DNA of 64,000 nt from an uncultured Methanosarcinales archaeon (GTDB taxonomy: Archaea > Halobacteriota > Methanosarcinia > Methanotrichales > Methanotrichaceae): the NCBI GenBank assembly GCA_963843555.1, contig CAWJKV010000012.1, forward strand, positions 1 through 64,000, written 5' to 3'. Positions 54,985 through 64,000 of this stretch are shown piece after piece (position 1 is the first letter of the stretch; each line of letters starts with the position of its first letter). The notes beneath the pieces were generated by a model, which was given only the letters and a program-made list of their open reading frames with translations, was not told the origin of the DNA and made no database searches. The position numbers were made by a program, and so were the translations under genes.

Positions 54985-56135
54985 TGTCCCGGCTAAAGAG
55001 AGCAAAAGATGCCAATTCCCGTTATACATCCCTTGGCAGTTCTGGCTCCTACCCCCTCTACTGCAATCCTCTGCTCAAGGCTGAGGCCTGCGTAGAGGAA
55101 GGCCGGATTAAGGTGCATGTTGCCGGCCCGCTGGCTCATCTGCCACTGATCAGATCCAGCATGCAGATGTTTGAGGGCCAGGTCGCGGCTCAGGCGGGAC
55201 CGGATCAGCTCTCTCTTTCCACCTGGATTCCTCCTCTGCCCAGCCGGGCTTTCGATCGGCTGGCGAACAGCCGCATGCGAGCCCTGCTGGGGCTTCGCAC
55301 CCCTGACCAGGTTACCATCTCCATCACCGAGGAGTGTCCCAATCGCTGCTCCCACTGCGCCCTGCCCAATTCCGGAAACAAGCTCCGCCTTTCTCCGCAT
55401 ACGGTTCAGGACCTGGTCAACCAGATTCTGGAGATGGGTACAACGCTGGTGATATTCGATGGAGGGGAGCCTGCACTCTACCCGGATCTGCCGGAATTGG
55501 TGCGATCTGTGGACGACCGGGCCATTTCCACACTTTTCACTTCGGGAGCGGGCTTCACTGCCGAACTGGCATTGCAGCTCAAGGAGGCGGGCCTCTATGC
55601 CGTCAATGTGAGCCTGGATAGTCCTGATGCAGAGGAGCATGATGCCATGCGGGGAAGAGAAGGAGTCTATCTGGAAGCCATGCGGGCCGTGAAAAATGCT
55701 CTTCAAGCCGGCCTGCTGGTAGACCTTTATGTGGTCTTGCGCCGCGAGAATATCTGTCATCTGCAGCATTTCCACGACCTGGCTCAATGTATAGGCGCGC
55801 ACGAGCTGACCTTCTTCGAGGTGGTCTCCACAGGCCGCTGGTCTGATCGAGAAGGGGTAGCCCTGACGCCAGAGGATCATATCCAACTGGCGGACTTCGT
55901 CTCGGGCAGAAGAGCACGAGCGCCCAGGATCTTCTCGGTTCCCGAGGCCTACAAGCTTTTTGGCTGCTTTGCGGCCCGCAGCTGGATGCATGTGACTCCT
56001 GCGGGAGAAGTCTATCCCTGCTCCTGCTACCCGGAGTCCTGGGGCAGCATCTTCAAGGAGCCCGTGAAAAAAATCTGGAGGCGTATGGGACGTTTTCCAT
56101 ATCAAGGAAGCAAAATATGCCCCATGAGAAAATAA
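54984..56135 (+). CDS. Radical SAM protein with Twitch/SPASM-like C-terminus
   Basis: CPNRCSHC, GGEP, VSLD and GCFAARSWMHVTPAGEVYPC. Confidence 0.9.
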   Translation: MSRLKRAKDANSRYTSLGSSGSYPLYCNPLLKAEACVEEGRIKVHVAGPLAHLPLIRSSMQMFEGQVAAQAGPDQLSLSTWIPPLPSRAFDRLANSRMRALLGLRTPDQVTISITEECPNRCSHCALPNSGNKLRLSPHTVQDLVNQILEMGTTLVIFDGGEPALYPDLPELVRSVDDRAISTLFTSGAGFTAELALQLKEAGLYAVNVSLDSPDAEEHDAMRGREGVYLEAMRAVKNALQAGLLVDLYVVLRRENICHLQHFHDLAQCIGAHELTFFEVVSTGRWSDREGVALTPEDHIQLADFVSGRRARAPRIFSVPEAYKLFGCFAARSWMHVTPAGEVYPCSCYPESWGSIFKEPVKKIWRRMGRFPYQGSKICPMRK

Positions 56136-56278
56136 GGAGTTTTTATTCCCATTTAGAGCAAAATTGCTCTATGATGGAGAGTTGAAAACCGGATTCGAAT
56201 TAAACTAGATTTGTTTTGGAGATATCACGATCAATAAATCTATATAGGACATTAATCATGAACAATATTGATCGAATT

Positions 56279-57145
56279 ATGGATTTGACACCTGTTCAAA
56301 GAGACATCTTAACCGCATTGATCAACATTCATCGCATTGAAGGACGAGCTGTAAAGGGCGAGGAGATTGCCGAGTTGATAGATCGCAATCCTGGTACCAT
56401 CCGAAACCAGATGCAATCCCTCAAAGCCCTGAACCTGGTGGAAGGCGTGCCGGGCCCCAAGGGCGGCTACCGGGCTACGGGAGCTGCCTACGAGGCGCTC
56501 AGTATCGAAGCCACCGGGGATGTTGTAACTGTTCCCGTAATCAGGAACGGAGTGCTGATGGAGGGCACCACGGCCAGCGAGATCATCTTCAACAAGGTCA
56601 TGCACTCGCAGCAATGCGACGGCGTGATTCGCGTCATCGGCAACATAAGAGACTTCAACGTGGGAGATGAGATCGAGGTGGGGCCGACACCCGTGAACAA
56701 GCTCTACATCCGGGGCACAGTTCGGGGCAGGGACGACACCATGAGCCGGCTCATTCTACACATCGACGAGATGATATCTGTCCCCAAGGTGCCCGTCAAG
56801 AAGATCGCCCGTCGCGCTGTGCGCATCCCTCCCGGCGTCTCGTTGCAGGAGGTGGCGCGTATTCTGGTGCATAACGGTGTTCAGGAGGGCCTGGTGGACG
56901 ACAGCTCACCAGGATTGATCACCCTGGCCGATGTCGCCCGGGCAGTGGCGGACGGCAGAACAGACCAGGAAGCGAGAACGATCATGACGCGAGGTTTCCT
57001 CACCATCGACTCAGAGGAGCCCATCTATGAAGCCATCAAGATGCTGGGCAAGACCGGTGCCAGCCAATTGGTGGTCTCGGAAGAGGGTGTGCTCTGGGGA
57101 TTCGTCTCTCCCACAGACCTCATCAAGTCGCTTACTCCGGCCTGA
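56279..57145 (+). CDS. HTH plus CBS-domain transcriptional regulator
   Basis: VKGEEIAELIDRNPGTIRNQMQSLKALNLVEGVPGPKGGY and a C-terminal CBS pair. Confidence 0.88.
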   Translation: MDLTPVQRDILTALINIHRIEGRAVKGEEIAELIDRNPGTIRNQMQSLKALNLVEGVPGPKGGYRATGAAYEALSIEATGDVVTVPVIRNGVLMEGTTASEIIFNKVMHSQQCDGVIRVIGNIRDFNVGDEIEVGPTPVNKLYIRGTVRGRDDTMSRLILHIDEMISVPKVPVKKIARRAVRIPPGVSLQEVARILVHNGVQEGLVDDSSPGLITLADVARAVADGRTDQEARTIMTRGFLTIDSEEPIYEAIKMLGKTGASQLVVSEEGVLWGFVSPTDLIKSLTPA

Positions 57146-57806
57146 TCTCTGTGCCAGTGTGCCCACCCAGGGCACCTTTTCTTAAATTTTCCAGTTTGCT
57201 GCCCAGGACTATTGATGTGGGAATGGAGCTTCTCTCTATGATCTTGGCAGCCAGAGGATCGACGGGAGAGCGCGAACCTGCTTTCATTTCTGTCTCCATG
57301 GCCAGGCGCACCAGTGCATGGTGCGTCATTGTGGCCAGCCTCTTGGCAGCTGGATCCTTCTCCGGATCGGCGTTATAGACGCCATCTACCGAGGTGGCCA
57401 CGATCAGTTTGTCGGCGTGCACGTACTCCGCCAATAGGGCAGCGACGGCGTCCGTTGTCTGACCGGGGGCAACCCCGCCCATGACCACGATCTTGCCCTT
57501 CTCAGCCAGCCGGGCAGCCTGGGCATAGGAGTCGGGAATCTCCTGCGGTGCGGCAGCGCCAAGAGCTGCCACGAGCAGCGCCGAGTTGAGCTTTGTCGCA
57601 CCGATGCCGATGGTGTCGCAGAACATCTCGCTGGCGCCCAGAGCGCGCGCCTTTTCGATGTACTCGCGGGCAATTTTCCCGCCGCCAACTACTACGAAGA
57701 TCTGGTGCTCCTGGGCCAGTTGCCGGAGGGCATCTGCGTATTCACGCAGGCTCCGCGCATCGCGGCCTGCCAGGATGGAGCCGCCCAGAGAATAAACAAG
57801 TATCAT
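57132..57806 (-). CDS. pyrH: Uridylate kinase
   Basis: SLGGS, VVVGGGKIAREYI, PGQTTDAVAA and VDGVY.ADP. Confidence 0.95.
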   Translation of the reverse strand: MILVYSLGGSILAGRDARSLREYADALRQLAQEHQIFVVVGGGKIAREYIEKARALGASEMFCDTIGIGATKLNSALLVAALGAAAPQEIPDSYAQAARLAEKGKIVVMGGVAPGQTTDAVAALLAEYVHADKLIVATSVDGVYNADPEKDPAAKRLATMTHHALVRLAMETEMKAGSRSPVDPLAAKIIERSSIPTSIVLGSKLENLRKGALGGHTGTEIRPE

Positions 57807-58443
57807 GGAGAGGGAGAGCGAGTGAGGGGATAAATAGGTTGCCGGGAGGTGACACGATGGAGAAGAGCAATTTTAGTAAACGAAATGAAGGTGTAACTCT
57901 TCAAGATTGAGCTTGAACAGATAGTATCTATCTCAACCATTTTTCTGGTTCCTTCTTGCCACTTTTGCGTGGGAGCTTTCCACTTGCTCGAAGATCGTGA
58001 GTGAAGATATTGCCCGTTTGATTGCCTAGGCCCTGACCAAGATCATTCAAACATATGCTCAAGTCGAATAGAGTGCCTCATTCGCTCATTTTATCTCCTA
58101 GATTATGGCGAGGAAGAAATTGCATAGTGTCAAACTGAAAAATGAGGAACGGGAAGAACTAAATCGATAATTTCCTGAAAGCAAGCTGCATCCCATCAGG
58201 ATAGACATGATCCGACATCGACCAGAAAGGAAAAAGTGTTTCATAAAGGTACCGATTAGTGAAGGAGAAACTTTTGGGAGATCCAGAGCGAGGGCCAGAC
58301 TACAAGTCGTTTGACCCTCGCATCTGGTGCTGAATGGACGCATGGAATAGCAAACCATTCCAGTACACTTTACTTTATACAATCTGGTTTTACTTAAGGG
58401 TTTTGGTAAGCTCAAATTATGGGTCAAATGACATACAGCCCTC

Positions 58444-59613
58444 TTAGCAGGAGGGTATCTTGACAGCAGCAATCTCGGTTCCTGACTCCCGGCCGTAGGC
58501 CTCAATCCTTTGCAGGGCATGGTCTACCATTCCTCCTGAGGTCATGATCAGAGAACTCTTGCCGGTTAAAGCCTTCAGGATGCATTTGTCTATGACACCA
58601 TAGGTGAAGTCCAGGTGGATCGAAGACCGCTCGGCCATAACCTTGGCGCTGGTACCCATTGCGCCCGTATAGTCCGCTCCCGTCTTTTCGAGGATCTCAG
58701 GGATTTGCAGAAAGAGATCTTCATCCACATTGCAGATGTAGATCTTTCCCCGGCCCTTTTCCGTAACCGGTTCCTTCTTCTCTGTTCTTGACTCCAATAG
58801 ATCGCAAAGCTCGAGGATGTTCAAGGGAGGCTTAGCCCCATTTACAAGACCACGGCCCGCCAGCTCCTGGTAAAGGTCGACAACGGTAGGAAGCTTCAGC
58901 CTGGCCTCCTTGATCAGCACTGCATCGCCGAATATCTCCTGGCCCTTGCCGCGGCGCAGCACTCCCCCGTCCTTCATCAAGACCACATCGTCCGCCCAGC
59001 GATAGGCCAGGTCAACATCATGGGTGGAGATGATCATGGTCTTTCTGCCGAGGTTCAGCTCATCGAGCATCTCCATGATCTCCTCGGAGCTGGCCGGATC
59101 GAGGTTTGAGGTGGGCTCATCGAGAATCATCACCTCGGGCTCCATGGCCAGGACGCCGGCAATGGCAGCCCTCTTCTTCTCGCCTCCGCTGAGGTGATGG
59201 GGCGGCCGGCGTTCGTATCCCGAGAGGCCAACGTACTGCAGGGCGTAACTCACGTATTTCTTTACCCTCTCAGGCGGAAAACCCAGGTTCACGGGCCCGA
59301 AGGCTACATCCTGGTAGACAGTAGGAGCAAAGAGCTGATCATCGGAGTTCTGGAAGACCATGCCCACTTTTCGCCTGACCTCTCTCAGGGAAGCAGAATC
59401 ATATCTCAGACTCCGGCCGTGAAAGAGGATTTCGCCGTTTGTCGGCCGAAGAATCCCGTTGAACATGAGCATAAGGGTGGACTTGCCGGCACCATTGGGC
59501 CCCACCAGGGCGATCTTTTTGTCTTCCTCCAGGGAGAGGCTCACATTGTTCAAACCCTGGGTTCCGTCTCCGTAGGAATAGTCAACACTTCTGGTTTCAA
59601 GGATGTTCGTCAT
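58444..59613 (-). CDS. cbiO: Cobalt ECF transporter ATPase with C-terminal extension
   Basis: GPNGAGKS, LSGGEKKR and DEPT; ~110 extra C-terminal residues. Confidence 0.92.
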   Translation of the reverse strand: MTNILETRSVDYSYGDGTQGLNNVSLSLEEDKKIALVGPNGAGKSTLMLMFNGILRPTNGEILFHGRSLRYDSASLREVRRKVGMVFQNSDDQLFAPTVYQDVAFGPVNLGFPPERVKKYVSYALQYVGLSGYERRPPHHLSGGEKKRAAIAGVLAMEPEVMILDEPTSNLDPASSEEIMEMLDELNLGRKTMIISTHDVDLAYRWADDVVLMKDGGVLRRGKGQEIFGDAVLIKEARLKLPTVVDLYQELAGRGLVNGAKPPLNILELCDLLESRTEKKEPVTEKGRGKIYICNVDEDLFLQIPEILEKTGADYTGAMGTSAKVMAERSSIHLDFTYGVIDKCILKALTGKSSLIMTSGGMVDHALQRIEAYGRESGTEIAAVKIPSC

Positions 59614-59621
59614 TTGTTTCC

Positions 59622-60404
59622 TCATAGAAGATTGATGCTTCGGGTTAAAGCCGCGAATGCCATAACCAGGATTAAATACGCCACCACGGCAAAGACCTCA
59701 ATTGGCTTTGGTCCGGGGCTCTGGTCCATGAGATCAAGCACGCCGTTGTAGCAGCGTGCGTCCATGGCCACGATAAGCCGTTCTCCCTGCTCCCAGGATC
59801 GCAAAAAGAGAACGCTGGAAAGCATGGCGAAGGAGCCAAGAGAGTTTCTGGCTCCAACATCCCCCAGACGCATCACCTGGGCGTTGTGGATCATGGCTGC
59901 CTGATCCAGAAAGACAAATATGTACCTGTAAATCATCATTGATAGCTCAAGTACTGATTCCGGAATCCTCAGGGACTTCAAAACGGCAAAGATCTCAATC
60001 ATAGGTGTGGTCAGAGCTATGAAAAAGAGAGAGGTCATGCCGCCGAAGGTTCTGGCGATCAGGAGAAGGGCCAGGTTTGCTCCTTCTGCTCCAATGCTCA
60101 GTTGCAGCCCGAAGATGTCCAGGGCGAATAGTGTTTGTCCGGAGCCATGCATGAAGGCCACAATTCCGGCGCTGAGCATTGCGAAGGAGAGGGGCAGGAG
60201 AAGCAGCCGGGAGTAAAAGCGGATAGGAATTTTGGCCAGCATCACAGTTATAAGGCTCATGGTCACGGCCACGAACAGAGGTGTCAGGGGCGTGACTGAA
60301 GATACCGAAATAAGGATGGCGCCCAGGCCCAGGAGCAATTTGAGCCGCGCATCCGTATTCCGCAGAGCGTTGGATTGTGCCCAGTCGTCCAGAAGGTCAT
60401 GCAT
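59622..60404 (-). CDS. cbiQ: Cobalt ECF transporter T component
   Basis: YRYIFVF and AMDARCY motifs; TM segments. Confidence 0.92.
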   Translation of the reverse strand: MHDLLDDWAQSNALRNTDARLKLLLGLGAILISVSSVTPLTPLFVAVTMSLITVMLAKIPIRFYSRLLLLPLSFAMLSAGIVAFMHGSGQTLFALDIFGLQLSIGAEGANLALLLIARTFGGMTSLFFIALTTPMIEIFAVLKSLRIPESVLELSMMIYRYIFVFLDQAAMIHNAQVMRLGDVGARNSLGSFAMLSSVLFLRSWEQGERLIVAMDARCYNGVLDLMDQSPGPKPIEVFAVVAYLILVMAFAALTRSINLL

Positions 60405-60720
60405 CTGATTTTCCTTCATTCTCCTGGACAGCTTTGGCAGTCTTCATCTTCGCTGCAGCTCGGTAGTAACCCAGAAAATAGCCGATGATGAGGCTGCCGA
60501 TGGCCGCCTGCAGGGCAAAGAGGAGGCTCTCAATCTCTCCACTGGGCGGCGTATAAATGGACTGGAACCAGGGCTGGTAGGTGCCGCCGGTCAGATCGGA
60601 AATCACTTCTTCTGCCTGGCCGTCAGCTCCGCCCCACTCGTGGTTTCCGGTTGAACTTACGTAGGCGAAAGCCGCGATGAAGACAACTATAACACCCAGA
60701 GTTACGAGCTCCAGTTTCAT
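60397..60720 (-). CDS. cbiN: Cobalt transport protein CbiN
   Basis: WGGADG..YQPWF..PPSGEIESLLFALQAAIG. Confidence 0.95.
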   Translation of the reverse strand: MKLELVTLGVIVVFIAAFAYVSSTGNHEWGGADGQAEEVISDLTGGTYQPWFQSIYTPPSGEIESLLFALQAAIGSLIIGYFLGYYRAAAKMKTAKAVQENEGKSDA

Positions 60721-61412
60721 GCCGAAGACTCCTTTAAGCTATTCATAGTGCTTGGTGAGACCACATTCATTCTCAGCAGCACATCGCCTCGAAGCTGCAC
60801 TATGTACTTGAACATCAATGCTGTCACCACCCCTTCAACTATGGCCAGGGGAACCTGGGTTATGGCAAAGACTGCGGCAAAGGCCCAAAAGGATGCCAGG
60901 ACTCCTCCAGAGGCTGCCGGGAACGCCAGAGCAAGTTGAAGAGACGTAACAACATATGTCGCTAAATCGGCGAACATCGCCGCCAGAAAAACAGCTACAT
61001 ACAAATTCAACCTTGACTTCATGGCAGCCTTATAGATGATTACTGCGACTATCGGCCCCGCAATGCCCATGGAGAAGGTATTAGCACCCAAGGTGCTCAG
61101 ACCGCCATGAGCCAGAAATACCGCCTGATAAATCAGGACTATCGTGGCCATGACCGAGGTTATCCAGGGACCGAAGATAATCGCACTCATGCCCGTGCCC
61201 GTGGGGTGGGAGCAGCTTCCAGTGACGGAAGGCATCTTTAGAGAGGAAAGAACGAAAATAAATGCACCAGAGACGCCCAATAGTGGCAGTATTTCGCGGT
61301 TCTCTTTTATCATCCTGTTCATTCTATGGACTCCGTAAGCGACTGCCGGCAGGGAGAGTGCAAACCACAACACGCACCACTGCAGAGGCAAGAAACCTTC
61401 CATTATATGCAT
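60717..61412 (-). CDS. cbiM: Cobalt ECF S component CbiM
   Basis: MHIMEGFLP N-terminus, GSCSHPTG and AHGG. Confidence 0.95.
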   Translation of the reverse strand: MHIMEGFLPLQWCVLWFALSLPAVAYGVHRMNRMIKENREILPLLGVSGAFIFVLSSLKMPSVTGSCSHPTGTGMSAIIFGPWITSVMATIVLIYQAVFLAHGGLSTLGANTFSMGIAGPIVAVIIYKAAMKSRLNLYVAVFLAAMFADLATYVVTSLQLALAFPAASGGVLASFWAFAAVFAITQVPLAIVEGVVTALMFKYIVQLRGDVLLRMNVVSPSTMNSLKESSA

Positions 61413-61611
61413 TGCGCCACCATTAATGACAGAGATATTCTGCCATATAAAGTTTTCTTGTGTTATGATCAACTAAGTTTAATTAAAGCATAATTCGACA
61501 GCATTACCCATAAAACCGAAAAAATCTCATTGGATCTCTTTCTCATCTTAATCAGTTTCGGCCCGCTCTTGAATCGCCCTTAAATATTGAGTCTGTCCAG
61601 AAGAATCTATC

Positions 61612-62817
61612 TTGACCCGGATATTTACCGTCACGGACCTGAATGAGAGGATAAAAGACCGCCTGGAAAATGATCCCCGCCTGCATGACCTCTGGGCGCA
61701 GGGCGAGGTCTCCAACTACGTCCATCACAGGTCCGGGCACAGGTACTTCACCCTCAAGGACAGGGACTCACAAATCTCCTGCGTTCTCTTCAAAAATCAG
61801 GCCTCAAGGCTGGACTTTGAACTGAAGGATGGATTGAACATTCTGGTCTATGGAGATATTGCCGTCTACAGGCCGCAGGGCAGAGTGCAGCTGGTGGCCC
61901 AGGGCGTAAAGCAGGATGTAGGCCTGGGATTTCGCCACTTGCAATTCGAGGCTTTGAAGAAGAAGCTGGCAGCGGAGGGGTTGTTCGATTTGGAGCGCAA
62001 GCGCGGCATCCCCCGCTATCCAGAGAGGATCGGCATTGTCACCTCTCCGCAGGGGGCGGCGCTGCGAGATGTCCTGCGCATCATAGGCCTCTATCCGGCG
62101 CGCATCATTCTCTCTCCGGCGCAGGTGCAGGGCGAAGGGGCGGAGGAGAGCATCGTCTCGGCGTTGCTGGCGCTGCAGGGCCAGACTGATGTGGTCATAG
62201 TCTGTCGTGGCGGTGGCTCCACTGAAGACCTCTGGTGCTTCAATTCGGAAGCAGTGGCCCGTGCCATATTCGGATGCGACTCACCTGTCATCTCGGCTGT
62301 GGGCCACGAGACTGATGTCACCATTGCCGATTTTGTGGCCGATATGCGCGCAGCAACGCCCACAGCAGCAGCAAAGATGGCTGTGCCTGATATTGAGGAG
62401 GTGAAAGAGTGGCTGCGTGAGAGCGAGGTAAGAATGGTGCGCGCCCTTTGGACGGTCCTGGAGCGAAAAGAGGAGCGTCTGGAGTATCTGCAGCAAAGCA
62501 TCTCTGCCAGGAGGATGTATTCCCTGGCGACAGAAGCCCGGCAGCGTCTGGATTATCTTGGTGAACGACTGGCTGCCGCCCAGGTGGATGAGCTAAAGAC
62601 CAGGAGGGCGCGCCTGGATCTGGCCCAGGGTCGCCTGGTGGCTGTAGGACCTCGTGCGACCCTTTTGCGGGGCTATGCCATAGCCCGATCGAAGCGGGGC
62701 CTGATACTGAGAGCAGAGGACGCAAGGCCCGGTGAGGTGGTGGAACTGATCCTGGGTGCAGGGAAGGCTCAGGTGCAGGGTTTTGGAGATCGCGGATGGG
62801 AAGGAGGAGTCAATTGA
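61612..62817 (+). CDS. xseA: Exodeoxyribonuclease VII large subunit
   Basis: GEVSN..SGHRYFTLKD, RGGGS.EDLWCFN, VGHETD and ATPTAAA. Confidence 0.96.
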   Translation: MTRIFTVTDLNERIKDRLENDPRLHDLWAQGEVSNYVHHRSGHRYFTLKDRDSQISCVLFKNQASRLDFELKDGLNILVYGDIAVYRPQGRVQLVAQGVKQDVGLGFRHLQFEALKKKLAAEGLFDLERKRGIPRYPERIGIVTSPQGAALRDVLRIIGLYPARIILSPAQVQGEGAEESIVSALLALQGQTDVVIVCRGGGSTEDLWCFNSEAVARAIFGCDSPVISAVGHETDVTIADFVADMRAATPTAAAKMAVPDIEEVKEWLRESEVRMVRALWTVLERKEERLEYLQQSISARRMYSLATEARQRLDYLGERLAAAQVDELKTRRARLDLAQGRLVAVGPRATLLRGYAIARSKRGLILRAEDARPGEVVELILGAGKAQVQGFGDRGWEGGVN

Positions 62818-63027
62818 GTGAATAAGGGAGAAGTCGGACTGGAAGAGGCGCTGGAAGACCTGGAGCGCATAGTCTCGGAGCTGGAAGAGGGAAAGATGAG
62901 CCTGGAGGAGAGTCTGGACCTCTATGAGAAAGGGATGAAGCTGGTCAAGCTCTGCAACGCCCGGCTGGAGAGAGCCGAGAGAAGGATCGAGAGCCTGACG
63001 GGCGAGGTGCCGCCCGATCTGGCCTGA
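62818..63027 (+). CDS. xseB: Exodeoxyribonuclease VII small subunit
   Basis: LEEALEDLERIVSELEEG..LEESLDLYEKG. Confidence 0.95.
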   Translation: MNKGEVGLEEALEDLERIVSELEEGKMSLEESLDLYEKGMKLVKLCNARLERAERRIESLTGEVPPDLA

Positions 63028-63050
63028 TGCGGTGTGCTGTGTGGTAAAGC

Positions 63051-63103
63051 TTAAATACGATATTAGATGTACTTTTTCGTACATTATAGTATTGATTAGT
63101 ACA
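63051..63103 (+). promoter_or_regulatory. trpB promoter (TTAAATA) followed by four TRP-box-like hexamers
   Basis: TGTACT 63068, CGTACA 63078, AGTATT 63088 and AGTACA 63098, at exact 10-bp spacing. Confidence 0.7.
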
Positions 63104-63130
63104 TCAGAAGCATACTAAGCCGGTGATCCT

Positions 63131-64000
63131 TTGAAGTGTTTGATGCCCGAGAATTTTGCGATAAAGTTTGGGAGGTACGGCGGTCTCTTTGTGCCCGAAA
63201 CGCTCGTGCAACCCCTGTCAGATCTGAGTGCCGCCTATGAGGGCCTGAAAGGAAACGAGCAGTTTCAAGATGAACTGAGGTCTCTTCTCAGGAACTTCGC
63301 GGGACGGCCGACGTCCTTATATTTTGCCAGAAATCTCAGCCGGGAGCTGGGTCGCAAAGTCTACCTGAAGAGAGAGGATCTGGTGCACGGCGGGGCGCAC
63401 AAGCTCAACAACACACTCGGCCAGGCTCTGGTGGCGAAGAAGATGGGAAAAACCCGGCTCATAGCTGAAACGGGCGCAGGCCAGCATGGCGTGGCCACGG
63501 CCATCGTGGGAGCCAATCTGGGCTTCGAGACGCAGATCTATATGGGCGAGGTAGACATCGAGCGGCAGAAGATGAATGTCTACCGCATGGAGCTGATGGG
63601 TGCTGAGGTCATACCGGTCCGGTCCGGCTCCAGGACTCTCAAGGACGCCATCAATGAGGCCATGCGTGACTGGGCGGCCAGTTTCGATCACACTCATTAT
63701 CTCTTGGGAACAGCGGCAGGCGCCCATCCCTTTCCAACAATGGTGCGGGACTTTCAAAGCGTAATCGGACTTGAAGCCCGCAGGCAGATTCAGGAGGCAG
63801 AAGGCCGTCTTCCGGACAGCATCGTGGCCTGTGTGGGTGGCGGCAGCAACGCCATGGGGATCTTCGCCCCCTTCTTGAAGGACGAATCGAGGCTTATAGC
63901 AGTGGAGGCGGGAGGCCGGGGCCCCGGCAAGAACGAGAGGATGGCGGACAATGGAGCATCTCTTGGTTACGGCACAGACGGCATTCTGCATGGCGCTCTC
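63131..64000 (+). CDS. trpB: Tryptophan synthase beta chain, partial (runs off window end)
   Basis: Not in the ORF track. Manual translation gives [35 protein letters not shown] and [16 protein letters not shown] precedes TTG 63131. Confidence 0.96.
   Translation, partial: MKCLMPENFAIKFGRYGGLFVPETLVQPLSDLSAAYEGLKGNEQFQDELRSLLRNFAGRPTSLYFARNLSRELGRKVYLKREDLVHGGAHKLNNTLGQALVAKKMGKTRLIAETGAGQHGVATAIVGANLGFETQIYMGEVDIERQKMNVYRMELMGAEVIPVRSGSRTLKDAINEAMRDWAASFDHTHYLLGTAAGAHPFPTMVRDFQSVIGLEARRQIQEAEGRLPDSIVACVGGGSNAMGIFAPFLKDESRLIAVEAGGRGPGKNERMADNGASLGYGTDGILHGAL

Noticed and set aside
54993..56105. Long antisense ORFs here and elsewhere (e.g. 722-1384, 2192-2920, 63317-63991)
   Set aside because: Shadow frames opposite well-supported genes in GC-rich coding DNA.
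61413..61611. Cobalamin riboswitch or NikR site upstream of cbiM
   Set aside because: The region is short and AT-rich, with no B12 box or clear palindrome.

Overview
The window has two parts. Bases 1-~6415 look bacterial (anaerobe, Syntrophales/Deltaproteobacteria-like by inference). They carry an NADH:flavin oxidoreductase 5' end, a CUT1 sugar ABC transporter, a RelE/Phd toxin-antitoxin pair, tRNA-Thr(CGT) and alanine racemase. Inside the alr C-terminal motif the sequence switches abruptly to methanogenic archaeal chromosome (Methanothrix/Methanosarcinales-like by inference), which runs to the end. That part includes tRNA-Val/Phe, carAB, a >2100-aa repeat surface protein, fae, guaAA, thermosome-grpE-dnaK-dnaJ, pstB-phoU-phoU, cbiA, fumarase alpha/beta, cupin PGI and a UbiA prenyltransferase. 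Further on are a NosD-like protein, Sec61beta, an encapsulin with ferritin-like cargo, a P-type ATPase, nreA, hisI, pyrH, cbiMNQO, xseAB and trpB. Many essential genes carry single-base indels, which points to an unpolished long-read assembly rather than pseudogenes. The top novel candidate is a ~450-475 nt non-coding segment on the minus strand (~41125-41595). It folds by hand into a nested multi-domain RNA closed by a long terminal helix, has an upstream TATA box and a T-rich 3' tract, and lacks RNase P, SRP and group II intron signatures. Other observations are three related GC-rich structured repeats next to the tRNAs, a four-box TrpY-type operator, an 80-aa protein with 11 N-glycosylation sequons, and a possible divergent sliding-clamp-fold protein.
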